From the NCBI GenBank assembly GCA_963816145.1, contig CAWFJP010000030.1:384001-448000 (forward strand): 64,000 nucleotides of DNA, written 5' to 3'. The DNA comes from an uncultured delta proteobacterium (GTDB lineage: Bacteria; Desulfobacterota; Binatia; UBA9968). Position 1 is the first letter of the stretch; the number at the start of each line of letters is the position of its first letter. The notes beneath the pieces were generated by a model. The model saw only the letters and a list, made by a program, of their open reading frames with translations, ran no database searches and was not told the DNA's origin. Made by a program: the position numbers and the translations under genes. Positions 20,253 through 30,471 of this stretch are shown here, in pieces.

Positions 20253-21314
20253 TTATTCGGACAAGATTTTCTTAACCCGCTCGATGACGTCGGGCGGCTG
20301 CGTCATGATCTCGTTTACGAGGGTTTGCAACTCCTCTCCGCTCGTCGGGTCCATATCCATACGGCCCTTTTTAGCTTCGGCGATGAGCTCCGGGTCTTTC
20401 ATCGACCGGGCATAGGCTTCGCGCAGCATTTTGACGCGATCCGGCGGCGTGCCCGGCGCCACCAGCATGAAACGGCCGAACTCGGCGCCGCCGAGTAATA
20501 CACTGGCAATGCGCCGGTTGGTCTCGGCGGTTTTGAATTGGTCCATTAGCTCGTAGACCGTTGGCGTGTCGGCAACCACCGCCTCACGCTTGCGCCCGGT
20601 CTGAATGAGATGGCGATCGAAGCCCTTCTTATGCCAACTATCGAACGGTTCCCGGCCAAAATGCGGCAAGATAGTGTTGCCGCGGCATTGAATCTCGCCG
20701 CGCTCCACCGCCAGATCGATCTCGTTCCCACCCGGATAACCCATCACCGTGTTGATCTTGGCGCCGAAGGCCACTTCCAACACCCGGTCGACTATATATC
20801 CCGCGCTGCCCACGCCGGTGCTGCCGCACTTCGGCGCTTCTTTGGCTTTGATGATGTCGCCGATGGTTTTGAACGGCGCATCGGCGCGCATGTAGAGCAG
20901 CATGTAATTTTTCTCTTGCGAGCCAACGATGTGAAACTTGCGCAGATCGAAGCGCACTTCCTTGCTGCCCGAGAGCTGCTCCAGATAAATATTGCTGTTG
21001 GGCATCACCGCGGTCAGCCCATCGGGCTTGGCCACGCCGTAGACATAATTGGTCGCTGTGAGCGACCCACCGCCCGGCATATTCTGCACGATGAAGTTGG
21101 GATTGCCCGGGATATGCTTCGGCATGATCCGCGACAATAACCGCGCCCAGCGATCGTAAAATCCCCCAGCCGTTGCGCCGACGATAATCTTCATCTGCTT
21201 GTCTTTGTAAAAATCGCTCTGGGCAACAGTCCGGGGAGCCCACAGCGCGTTCATCAACATCGCCGCCACAAAAACCATTCCAAATCGCAACCTAATCAGT
21301 CCTGCCAATTTCAT
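20253..21314 (-). CDS. TctC/Bug-family solute-binding protein
   Basis: VGATAGGFYD, VQNMPGGG, KPDGLT, GYPGG; paralogue of the downstream gene. Confidence 0.87.
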   Translation of the reverse strand: MKLAGLIRLRFGMVFVAAMLMNALWAPRTVAQSDFYKDKQMKIIVGATAGGFYDRWARLLSRIMPKHIPGNPNFIVQNMPGGGSLTATNYVYGVAKPDGLTAVMPNSNIYLEQLSGSKEVRFDLRKFHIVGSQEKNYMLLYMRADAPFKTIGDIIKAKEAPKCGSTGVGSAGYIVDRVLEVAFGAKINTVMGYPGGNEIDLAVERGEIQCRGNTILPHFGREPFDSWHKKGFDRHLIQTGRKREAVVADTPTVYELMDQFKTAETNRRIASVLLGGAEFGRFMLVAPGTPPDRVKMLREAYARSMKDPELIAEAKKGRMDMDPTSGEELQTLVNEIMTQPPDVIERVKKILSE

Positions 21315-21378
21315 CCTTTCGCCCTCATCCTTCATCCCTAATTCCATTTTCCAAACCTTGAACTCTTGAACCAATATT

Positions 21379-22494
21379 CTACCAAGTCTCCGCCCGACCG
21401 CCCTGCACCCACCAGTTCAGGCGCGGCTCGACCTTCAGCTCGTAGCCTTTACCATGTTGCTTGGCGAGATCGAAACACTTTTTCGCCAGCGCAATATCGA
21501 CGATGCCCTGGCCGCCCTGATTCTTGTAAAGAATGATTTGCTTGTCGTTGGTTCGCCCTTTGACTTTGCCGGCAAGCACATCGGAGATCTCGACGACTTT
21601 ATCCCAAGTGATGACACCGTCCTGCACGGGCCAGTATATATCGCCCTGCTGCGAATCGATCGCCTGCGCTTTCGACAGCGCGACGATAAAGTCACAGCGT
21701 TTGAGCGTGCCGTCGTCGATCTCCCGGCGCGGCTTGTCAAGGTTGCCGCTTTTGACCAGTTCGATGTTGCTGCCGATGACCGAAATGATGTACTGCCCTT
21801 GTTCCAACCAGGCGCCGTCAAGCACCGGCACATTGGTATTGGTCATGCAGAGAATGATGTCGACATCCTGCGCCGCCAGCTCCGGCTTGTCCACCGGCCG
21901 CACCGTCACGCCAGTGCGAGCGCTGATCTTTTTGGCAAAGCCTTCGCGATGCGATGGCGTCGGACTGAATACTTTGGCGCTGTCGATCTTGCGCATCTCG
22001 CAGAGGCCGGCGAACGTCGCCCAAGCCTGCTGTCCCGAACCGTAAATGCCGACCCGTCGCGCATCTTTGCGGGCGAACAGATCGAGCCCTGCCAAGCTCG
22101 TCGCCGGCGTGCGCAGATCTGCCACCCCGGTAAAATCCCGCGGCCGATGCGCCATCACACCCAAAAGCGATCCGGTGTCCGAATCGTAAATCAGCGCCAA
22201 CTCAGTCTGATCCGGATTGAATGGCGGCCGCTTCTGCGTCGTGCCCGAGATCGCTTTACGATGGAGCGCCACCTGCGCCCCCACCGCGCCGTAGTTCGCC
22301 GAGCCGCCGGCGTAAATGTTCAGAACCGTGTCGAAAGTCCCTTCGCCGACGTTGCGATGGAGATTTAACCGTTTACGCGGCGCACAGACACCCGAGGGCG
22401 TTATCATATCGCGCAGCGCATTCTCCGTGATCTGCACCGCGTCCGTGATTGGAATCATCTGATCGACATCGTCTGAATGAAAAAAAAGTGCCAT
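21379..22494 (-). CDS. Ornithine cyclodeaminase/mu-crystallin family protein
   Basis: DTGSLLGVM, LRTPATS, YGSGQQA, CMTNT, GQGIVDIA. Confidence 0.83.
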   Translation of the reverse strand: MALFFHSDDVDQMIPITDAVQITENALRDMITPSGVCAPRKRLNLHRNVGEGTFDTVLNIYAGGSANYGAVGAQVALHRKAISGTTQKRPPFNPDQTELALIYDSDTGSLLGVMAHRPRDFTGVADLRTPATSLAGLDLFARKDARRVGIYGSGQQAWATFAGLCEMRKIDSAKVFSPTPSHREGFAKKISARTGVTVRPVDKPELAAQDVDIILCMTNTNVPVLDGAWLEQGQYIISVIGSNIELVKSGNLDKPRREIDDGTLKRCDFIVALSKAQAIDSQQGDIYWPVQDGVITWDKVVEISDVLAGKVKGRTNDKQIILYKNQGGQGIVDIALAKKCFDLAKQHGKGYELKVEPRLNWWVQGGRAETW

Positions 22495-22523
22495 CGTGAA
22501 TCTCCCAAAAACCACAAATATCA

Positions 22524-23519
22524 TTAACCGCTAAAATCGGTGTCCCATAGTCTTCTCATCTTGTTTATTGGTTCTTCAGTCAACCCCGGCATCTCCGCGC
22601 ACGCCACCGCCACATCGACATGCGTGGTATTGGAAAATCCCACCAGCACCGCGGCGGTCGTCTGATGCATCAAGCCGAAGCGAATCGCAGCTTGGGTCAG
22701 ATCATTGCCCGCGACGCCGAGCGCGGCTTTAACCTTCTCCGTGCGTTGGAGATCGAGGGGATAGTCCGAACCTGGCGACAGCGTGTTACCGCTGCCGCCA
22801 CCGCCGGCGCTGGGATCGGCGGTCAGAGCGCCGGCGGCGAGAATGCGGATGATAAAGGCGCCCATGCCTTTGGCCGCGGCGCGCTCGAGGATCAAACCGT
22901 AATCCTGCGCGCTGAAGTTCTTCGGCACCGGCTGGCCGGCGCTGGGGTTGAGCAGATTGTAGTAGCACTGAAAGCCGTGGAACTCGCCGCTGTCGACCAG
23001 CTCGTGCAGCGCCGGGGTTTCGCCGAGGCCGCTGAAACCGAAGAAGCCGACTTTGCTGCGGGCCCGCATCGCTTTGAATCCCTCAATGACGCCGCCCTGA
23101 CCGAGCACGTCGTGCGGCGTCAGACTGAAGCGCTTTTCCATGCCGCGCGTCTGGGTCACACGGGTATGAAGTTGCACGAAGTCGACGCGCTCGCGGCCGA
23201 GTCGATCGAGCCCGGCTTCGACGGCGCGAACCGTCGCCGCTTTGATATCGCTCAGGCAATCGGCTTCGAGCCGAATCTTGGTCGAGATCACCGGATTGAC
23301 ACCGAGGTCCTTGAGAATGCGCCCCAGGTTCTCCTCGGACTTGCCCAAGCCGTAAGCGAACGCGGTGTCAAAAAATGTGATACCGGCATCCAACGCGCGC
23401 CTAACGACTTTTACTTGCTCGTCATAACGGGCTCTAACCATAAGCACGGCGTTGTTGCCACAGCCGAAACCGATCTCGGAAACCTTCACACCGGTGCTGC
23501 CGATGGTTCGATAACGCAT
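22524..23519 (-). CDS. Aldo/keto reductase
   Basis: VSEIGFGC, FFDTAFAYG, ISTK, VQLH; GGAGG RBS. Confidence 0.9.
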   Translation of the reverse strand: MRYRTIGSTGVKVSEIGFGCGNNAVLMVRARYDEQVKVVRRALDAGITFFDTAFAYGLGKSEENLGRILKDLGVNPVISTKIRLEADCLSDIKAATVRAVEAGLDRLGRERVDFVQLHTRVTQTRGMEKRFSLTPHDVLGQGGVIEGFKAMRARSKVGFFGFSGLGETPALHELVDSGEFHGFQCYYNLLNPSAGQPVPKNFSAQDYGLILERAAAKGMGAFIIRILAAGALTADPSAGGGGSGNTLSPGSDYPLDLQRTEKVKAALGVAGNDLTQAAIRFGLMHQTTAAVLVGFSNTTHVDVAVACAEMPGLTEEPINKMRRLWDTDFSG

Positions 23520-23570
23520 GATTACCTCCACGGGAAAAAAATTACCCAATCATCGCCTTGATTCGTCCGA

Positions 23571-23790
23571 TCCCCCCTTTGGCAAAGAGACTGTGTCGCA
23601 ACTGTCATTCCGAGGCCAAGCCGAGGAATCTCTTCTTCGTATGTGGCTGAGAATACGAGATCCCTCGCTTTGCTCGGGACGACAGATGTGGGGCATTTGC
23701 GCATTACGACACAGCCTCAAAGGGGGGAAGGGGGGATTTTCTTAGGCGAATGACTCAAATCCCCCTCGGTCCCCCTTTTTCAAAGAGGGA
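23571..23790. repeat. Convergent pair of CCCCCTTT-N-AAAGGGGG REP-like hairpins; left copy interrupted by an insertion
   Basis: Reconstructed left copy TCCCCCCTTTGGCAAAGGGGGGAAGGGGGGATTT; inverted related copy at about 23757-23790. Confidence 0.7.
23587..23718. mobile_element. Putative 132-bp MITE with 15-bp TIRs and AAA target duplication
   Basis: Left GAGACTGTGTCGCAA vs reverse complement of right end GAGGCTGTGTCGTAA (13/15); AAA on both flanks; internal REP-like pair. Confidence 0.65.
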
Positions 23791-23825
23791 AGCTCGGAGC
23801 TCGCTATCGATAAAATATTGCGACT

Positions 23826-24518
23826 TCATAGCATCGCCAGTAATGCCACCACCGCATGCGTGTCGCTCAGATCCGCCAGACAAGCATCGGCCTGCCAATA
23901 CTCCAGCTCTTCTACCGGATAACGGCCAGTGCCGACAAGTACGCATTTCATGCCGTTGGCGCGGGCGCACTCCAAATCTTTCGGCGTGTCGCCGACGATG
24001 ACACATTCCCCCGCCGCAATCGTTCGCCCGGCGGCCATCTCCCAGCGCGTTCTGGCGATCGCCGGCAAGTCCGGCCGGTGCTCGGAATCGCTGGCATAGG
24101 CACCGCGACTCAAGTAGCTTCCCAGACCGGCGGAATCGAGTTTCACTTGAGCCGTCGCTTCGAAGTTCCCCGTAACTACGCTCGAGTGAAACTCCGCTAC
24201 GGCGGACAAATGCTGCAACAGCGAATCCGCCCCGGGCAGCGGCCGAATCGTCGTCGCGCCGCTGGCCACATGGTGACGGTAGCTCGCCTGCAACTGCGAC
24301 GTGAATTGCGCCCACTGGTCCGGTTCAACAATGATCTCCACACCGGCTTTGGTAAATATATCCTTGACGATCAGCGGATCGGTATTGCCGTCCGGAACCA
24401 CCGTGCGAATATCGACGGCAAAACCGAAGGTTTTCAAAATAGCATCGTTGAACGGCAAATAACCGTTCTGCGTCCGCGTCAGCGTGCCGTCGATGTCGAA
24501 AAGAATCAGTCGTTCCAT
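23826..24518 (-). CDS. HAD-superfamily hydrolase/phosphatase
   Basis: LFDIDGTL (motif I), VVTGN (motif II), IVGDTPKD (motif IV). Confidence 0.9.
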   Translation of the reverse strand: MERLILFDIDGTLTRTQNGYLPFNDAILKTFGFAVDIRTVVPDGNTDPLIVKDIFTKAGVEIIVEPDQWAQFTSQLQASYRHHVASGATTIRPLPGADSLLQHLSAVAEFHSSVVTGNFEATAQVKLDSAGLGSYLSRGAYASDSEHRPDLPAIARTRWEMAAGRTIAAGECVIVGDTPKDLECARANGMKCVLVGTGRYPVEELEYWQADACLADLSDTHAVVALLAML

Positions 24519-24643
24519 GGTGAAAAAGACAAGTATTTGCAACAGACGCGGCTTCGCCTCTTGGTTCTCCTATCGCAAATCTCGGTCCCTGTCGCTATCT
24601 CGCCCATAGTTCTCGGTTTCGCCCCTGTCTGGTAGCCGCGACA

Positions 24644-24672
24644 TTGACATTGCGGTCGCTACAAGATAGAAG
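24644..24672 (+). promoter_or_regulatory. Putative sigma70 promoter upstream of the riboswitch
   Basis: TTGACA-N17-TAGAAG, ending about 10 nt before aptamer P1. Confidence 0.55.
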
Positions 24673-24682
24673 TTTTTCGTAA

Positions 24683-24757
24683 GTTTTGCGCGACTGGCGT
24701 CAACGTGGAATCGACCACGAGGGAGTGCAAAGCATTAAGACGGCCGAACGCCTGGGT
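24683..24757 (+). ncRNA. ZMP/ZTP (pfl) riboswitch aptamer
   Basis: P1 gttttgcgc/gtgcaaagc; GACTGGCG; P2 cgtgg/ccacg; GGGAG; 3' GCCGaacGCCTGGG, matching the pfl consensus as recalled. Confidence 0.9.
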
Positions 24758-24786
24758 CTCTTAACGATAGAGGTCCAGGTTTTTTT
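24751..24786 (+). terminator. Riboswitch expression-platform intrinsic terminator
   Basis: CCTGGGTCTCT-loop-AGAGGTCCAGG followed by a T-run; the 5' arm overlaps the aptamer 3' end. Confidence 0.85.
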
Positions 24787-24883
24787 GTGGACAACGCGCC
24801 GTAAGTTAACCGCCGACGCCTAATTTTTTCCACTTCAAATCCTGCCATAGCATGATAGTCCTTAGTTAGTATGGAGTTGAGGC

Positions 24884-26026
24884 ATGATTAAGCAATATCT
24901 TCTGTCCCCCGGTCCAACGCCGATCCCCAACGAAGTGGCCTTGGCCATGGCCGAGACAATGATTCATCACCGCACGCCGCAGTTTAACAAAATCTTCGAC
25001 GAAGCCCGTGACGGTCTCAAAAAACTTTTCGGCACCAAAAACGATGTCCTGATCCTGGCGTCTTCCGGCACCGGCGCCATGGAAGCAGCGGTGGCCAATC
25101 TGTTTTCGCCCGGCGATAAAGTCTTGGTGATCAATGGCGGTAAATTCGGCGAGCGCTGGTTGAATATTTCCAATGCCTTCGGCCTAAATCCCATCGAAAT
25201 GAAAGTCGAGTGGGGCCAGGCTGTCAAAGTCGCCGATGTCGAAAAGCAGCTCAAAGCCAATCCCGACATTCAGGGTGTGATGATTCAGGCGAGCGAGACG
25301 TCGACCACCGTACTGCACCCTATCAGAGAAATCGCCGAGTTAACCCAGAACGGCCCGCTCTTCCTGGTCGATGGCGTCACTGCCGTCGGTGTCGTCTCGC
25401 TGCCGCTCGACGAATGGGGCCTCGACGTGCTCGTCACCGGCTCGCAAAAGGCGCTCATGCTGCCGCCGGGCTTGGGCTTCATCGCACTCAGCGACCGTGC
25501 CTGGGAGAAGACCAAGAAGGCCAAGCTGCCGCGCTTTTACTTCGACCTGAACTTGGAACGCAAAAACCAGCAGAAGGGTTCCGGCGCATTCACCCCGGCG
25601 GTCTCGTTGATCTTTGGCGTGCGCGCGTCGCTGCAAATGATGCAGCGCGAAGGCTTACAGAATGTCTACGCGCGCCATGATCGCTTGTGCCGGGCGACTC
25701 GCGCCGCAGCCAAGGCCATGGGGCTAAAGCTCCTAGCGCCCGACAGCCCGAGTCCGGCGGCCACAGGAATTTATCTGCCCACGGGCATCGATGCCGACGC
25801 TGTGCTCGAATATCTGCGCGACAAGATGAACGTCACCCTGGCCGAAGGCCAAGATCAACTCAAAGGCAAAGCGATTCGCATCGCCCATATCGGCTTCATG
25901 GGCGCCTTCGACGTGATCACGGCGATTGCCGCCTTAGAGATGGCGCTCAGAAAATTCGGCGCGGAAATCCCCTTCGGCAAAGGCGTTGCCGCGGCGCAGG
26001 AAGTTTTGATGGAGGCGCTGGCTTAG
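24884..26026 (+). CDS. Class V PLP aminotransferase (serine-pyruvate/alanine-glyoxylate type; probable SerC surrogate)
   Basis: LLSPGPT, HHRT, SSGTGAMEA, GKFGERW, SETST, TGSQKALMLPPG, RIAHIG; directly upstream of serA. Confidence 0.88.
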   Translation: MIKQYLLSPGPTPIPNEVALAMAETMIHHRTPQFNKIFDEARDGLKKLFGTKNDVLILASSGTGAMEAAVANLFSPGDKVLVINGGKFGERWLNISNAFGLNPIEMKVEWGQAVKVADVEKQLKANPDIQGVMIQASETSTTVLHPIREIAELTQNGPLFLVDGVTAVGVVSLPLDEWGLDVLVTGSQKALMLPPGLGFIALSDRAWEKTKKAKLPRFYFDLNLERKNQQKGSGAFTPAVSLIFGVRASLQMMQREGLQNVYARHDRLCRATRAAAKAMGLKLLAPDSPSPAATGIYLPTGIDADAVLEYLRDKMNVTLAEGQDQLKGKAIRIAHIGFMGAFDVITAIAALEMALRKFGAEIPFGKGVAAAQEVLMEALA

Positions 26027-26120
26027 CGAAGTCGAAATTCGCGGATGGAGGATAGCAGATCGCGTCGATCTCTATCGTGGACGTAAAAATCGATTCTTCA
26101 GGATTAGTGTGAAGATGTTT

Positions 26121-26183
26121 TCACCACGAAGGACACGAAGAGCGCGAAGTTCTGAATCTTAACCGTCCGTGTCCTTCGTTGCG
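26121..26183. repeat. CACGAAG-type short repeat cluster
   Basis: accacgaaggacacgaagagcgcgaag...gtgtccttcgtt; related to 32225-32304. Confidence 0.6.
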
Positions 26184-26240
26184 AACAAAACAATCGGGAC
26201 GTGATGGGTTCATCACACGATATCCTGAGAAAATCACAGC

Positions 26241-27836
26241 ATGGAAGCAAAGATGAAGATACTCGTTACCGACTCCCTGGCACCGGAAGGCCTGGCGGTT
26301 TTTCACAACGCCGAAGGTTTTGAAGTCGACGTCAAGATCGGTCTCAAACCCGACGAACTGAAAAAAATCTGCGGCGCCTACGACGGCTGGGTGATCCGTA
26401 GCGGCACCAAGATCACCGCCGAGTTGATCGACGCGGCCAGCAACCTGAAAGTCATCGGCCGCGCCGGCGTGGGTTATGAAAACATCGATGCCGACGCCGC
26501 CACCCAACGCGGCATCGTCGTCATGAACACTCCAGGCGGCAACAACGTCACCACCGGCGAGCATACCATTGCGCTGATGATGTCGATGGCGCGCCATATT
26601 CCCCAAGCCGTCGCTTCGCTCAAAGGCGGCAAGTGGGAGCGCAATAAGTTTGTCGGCGTCGAACTCTGCAACAAAACCATCGGCGTCATCGGCCTGGGCA
26701 ATGTCGGCCGTATCGTCGCCGAAAGGGCCGCCGGCTTGTGCATGAAAGTAATCGGCTTCGATCCCTTCATCGCGCCGGAAAACGTCGCCCGCATGGGCGT
26801 CGAGCCCAGCACGCTGGAAGACATTTTCACCAAGGCCGATTTCATCACCGTCCATGTGCCGCTCACCCCGGACACCCAGGGACTGATCAACAAAGCTGCT
26901 TTCGCCAAGATGAAGACCGGCGTGCGGATTATCAATTGCGCCCGCGGCGGTATCGTCGACGAGCAGGATCTCGCCGACGCAATCAAAGCCGGCAAAGTCG
27001 CCGGCGCCGCGCTCGATGTCTACGTTGACGAACCTCCCGCCGCCGAGCATCCATTAGTGAAGCTTGAGCAAGTCGTCACTACGCCGCATTTGGGCGCATC
27101 CACCGATGAGGCGCAGTTGAACGTCGCCATCGCCGTCGCCGAACAGATGGTCGACTTTCTCGCCAGAGGCGTAGTTCGCTACGCGGTCAACGTGCCGTCG
27201 GTGAGCCCGGAACTTCTCGAAGTCTTGCGCCCCTATCTCACGCTGGCAGAAAAGCTCGGCAGCCTGCACAGCCAGATGGCCGGTGCTTTGCCCAAGGAAG
27301 TTCAGGTCGAGTATCGTGGCGATGTCACTCAGTACAACGTCGCGCCATTAACCGTGGCTGTGTTAAAGGGTCTCCTGTCCCCGGTGATGGAATCCGCGGT
27401 CAACTATGTCAACGCGCCGGTGGTCGCTAAAGAGCGCGGCATCAAGATCGTCGAGTCCAAAGGCGAAGGGGTCGGCGATTTCACCAGCTCCATCGTCGTC
27501 AAGGCCAAGAACGGCAAACAGGACTTGGAAGTCGAAGGCGCGATATTCGGTGCCAAACATCCGCGCATTGTCCGCGTTAACGATTTCTATCTGGAAGCCG
27601 TGCCATCGGGCTATATCTTGATCCTGCAAAACAAGGATGTACCCGGTGTCGTCGGCGCAGTGGGAACCATCCTAGGCAACAACGGCATCAACATCGCCGG
27701 CATGGAGTTAGGCCGCAGCGAAAAGGGCGGCAACGCGATATCGTTCACGCATGTCGATGAAGCGGTCTCGAAAAAAGCCATCGACGAGCTGCTCGCCTTG
27801 CCGCAGATCGTCTCGGCGGAATTGGTCAAGCTATAG
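26241..27836 (+). CDS. serA: D-3-phosphoglycerate dehydrogenase (long form with ASB and ACT domains)
   Basis: GRAGVG, GLGNVG, INCARGG, TPHLGASTDEAQ, C-terminal DVPGVVG...INIA ACT domain. Confidence 0.95.
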   Translation: MEAKMKILVTDSLAPEGLAVFHNAEGFEVDVKIGLKPDELKKICGAYDGWVIRSGTKITAELIDAASNLKVIGRAGVGYENIDADAATQRGIVVMNTPGGNNVTTGEHTIALMMSMARHIPQAVASLKGGKWERNKFVGVELCNKTIGVIGLGNVGRIVAERAAGLCMKVIGFDPFIAPENVARMGVEPSTLEDIFTKADFITVHVPLTPDTQGLINKAAFAKMKTGVRIINCARGGIVDEQDLADAIKAGKVAGAALDVYVDEPPAAEHPLVKLEQVVTTPHLGASTDEAQLNVAIAVAEQMVDFLARGVVRYAVNVPSVSPELLEVLRPYLTLAEKLGSLHSQMAGALPKEVQVEYRGDVTQYNVAPLTVAVLKGLLSPVMESAVNYVNAPVVAKERGIKIVESKGEGVGDFTSSIVVKAKNGKQDLEVEGAIFGAKHPRIVRVNDFYLEAVPSGYILILQNKDVPGVVGAVGTILGNNGINIAGMELGRSEKGGNAISFTHVDEAVSKKAIDELLALPQIVSAELVKL

Positions 27837-27837
27837 G

Positions 27838-29206
<1,369 letters not shown>

Positions 29207-29347
29207 CTCGGCAAATCGTCCGGGCAAGGCGCGCCTTACCCCCTTCACCGCAGCGGAAATAATTCCCTGCGCTCGCGCGATTAACCTTGAATAGCCCCGA
29301 TCCCCTGTTTATCATGTCAGCGACTATACACTCGCATGGAGGACGTT

Positions 29348-29656
29348 ATGGAAGGTGAAGCCAGCAGCAAAGAAAGATTGGCCGGCGATTTGAAAAATCT
29401 GGTCGCAGACGCCGAGGAACTGTTAAAAGCCACAGCAAGCCAGGCGGGCGATAAGATCGCTGTCGCGCGCCAAAAAATCGAGCAAAGCCTGATCGAAGGC
29501 AAAAAGGCCTTGGCCGACGCAGAGAAGACACTGGTCGCCAAATCCAAAGAAGCGGCCGAAGTCGCCGACGACTACGTTCGCGAGAATCCCTGGAGCGCCG
29601 TCGGTGTCGCGGCCGGCCTCGGGCTCATACTCGGGTTGCTGATTCGCGGTAAATAA
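29348..29656 (+). CDS. DUF883/ElaB-YqjD family tail-anchored protein
   Basis: DAEELLKAT...DDYVRENPWSAVGVAAGLGLILGLL; GGAGGA RBS. Confidence 0.9.
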   Translation: MEGEASSKERLAGDLKNLVADAEELLKATASQAGDKIAVARQKIEQSLIEGKKALADAEKTLVAKSKEAAEVADDYVRENPWSAVGVAAGLGLILGLLIRGK

Positions 29657-29665
29657 GCGTTGCCC

Positions 29666-30064
29666 ATGTTCGACAGCAGCAGCCGTCCGGGCGGGGGTGA
29701 CTCGCCCGGGATTTTGCATTCGTTACGAGCGCTCAGCACGGCGCTCGCGTCGGCCTTTCACACCCGCGTCGAACTGTTCGTCACCGAGCTTGAGGAAGAA
29801 CGCGAGCGGCTCAAGCAGACCCTGATCTTCACCATGCTGTTGCTCTTCGGCCTCAGCATGGGCTTCATTCTTCTGACCATTTTTCTGGTGGCGCTGTTTT
29901 GGGAGCGGGGCTGGATCGGTGCCATCGGCTTGCTGTCCTTTCTCTACTTGGGCGTCGCGACATTTGCCGCGGTCAAATTGCGCAACTCGGTTCTCAGCCG
30001 CCCAGGGCTGTTCCCCGCCACCCTGGCCGAGCTCGGCAAAGACCGCGACCGCTTCAAGGGTTGA
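29666..30064 (+). CDS. YqjE-like (holin superfamily) membrane protein
   Basis: TRVELFVTELEEE, two TM segments, FPATLAELGKDR; follows DUF883 as in yqjDEK. Confidence 0.82.
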   Translation: MFDSSSRPGGGDSPGILHSLRALSTALASAFHTRVELFVTELEEERERLKQTLIFTMLLLFGLSMGFILLTIFLVALFWERGWIGAIGLLSFLYLGVATFAAVKLRNSVLSRPGLFPATLAELGKDRDRFKG

Positions 30065-30068
30065 GGCC

Positions 30069-30368
30069 ATGGCCAATCGCCTTGAAGAAATCGCCCGGCG
30101 CAAGCAAGCCTTGATCGACAAGGCCGCTCAAGAGCGCGCCGATCTAGCGCGCAGTTACGCCAATTTGAAATCACCCTTCGACCTCAGCTCGACCGTGTTG
30201 GGCATCGGCCGCACGCTAAAAACCCACCCCATCGTCGCCGCCGGCCTCTCAAGTTTTCTCGTCAGCGGCTACGCCGGCAAACTATTGAAATCGAGCATTG
30301 AAGCGCTGCAGCTCTGGAAGCTCGCCCAGCCGATCTGGAACTGGTGGCGCAAACGCCGCAATAAATAA
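30069..30368 (+). CDS. YqjK-like protein
   Basis: RKQALIDKAAQERADLA; third gene of a yqjDEK-like cluster. Confidence 0.65.
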   Translation: MANRLEEIARRKQALIDKAAQERADLARSYANLKSPFDLSSTVLGIGRTLKTHPIVAAGLSSFLVSGYAGKLLKSSIEALQLWKLAQPIWNWWRKRRNK

Positions 30369-30414
30369 CCCGGCAGGCTAATCCTAGCAGTCCTTTCTCG
30401 TCTTGAATCCGAAT

Positions 30415-30455
30415 TAACGATTGGAACGTTTTGAACGGCTGGAACGATTGGAACT
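30415..30455. repeat. TTGAACG-type nonamer repeat
   Basis: ttaacgattggaacgttttgaacggctggaacgattggaac; related copy at 52438-52474. Confidence 0.65.
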
Positions 30456-30471
30456 ACGCGGCGAAGCCGCG

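Noticed and set aside
29666-30064. Phage holin / prophage signal
   Set aside because: Part of an ordinary yqjDEK-like cluster; no phage genes nearby
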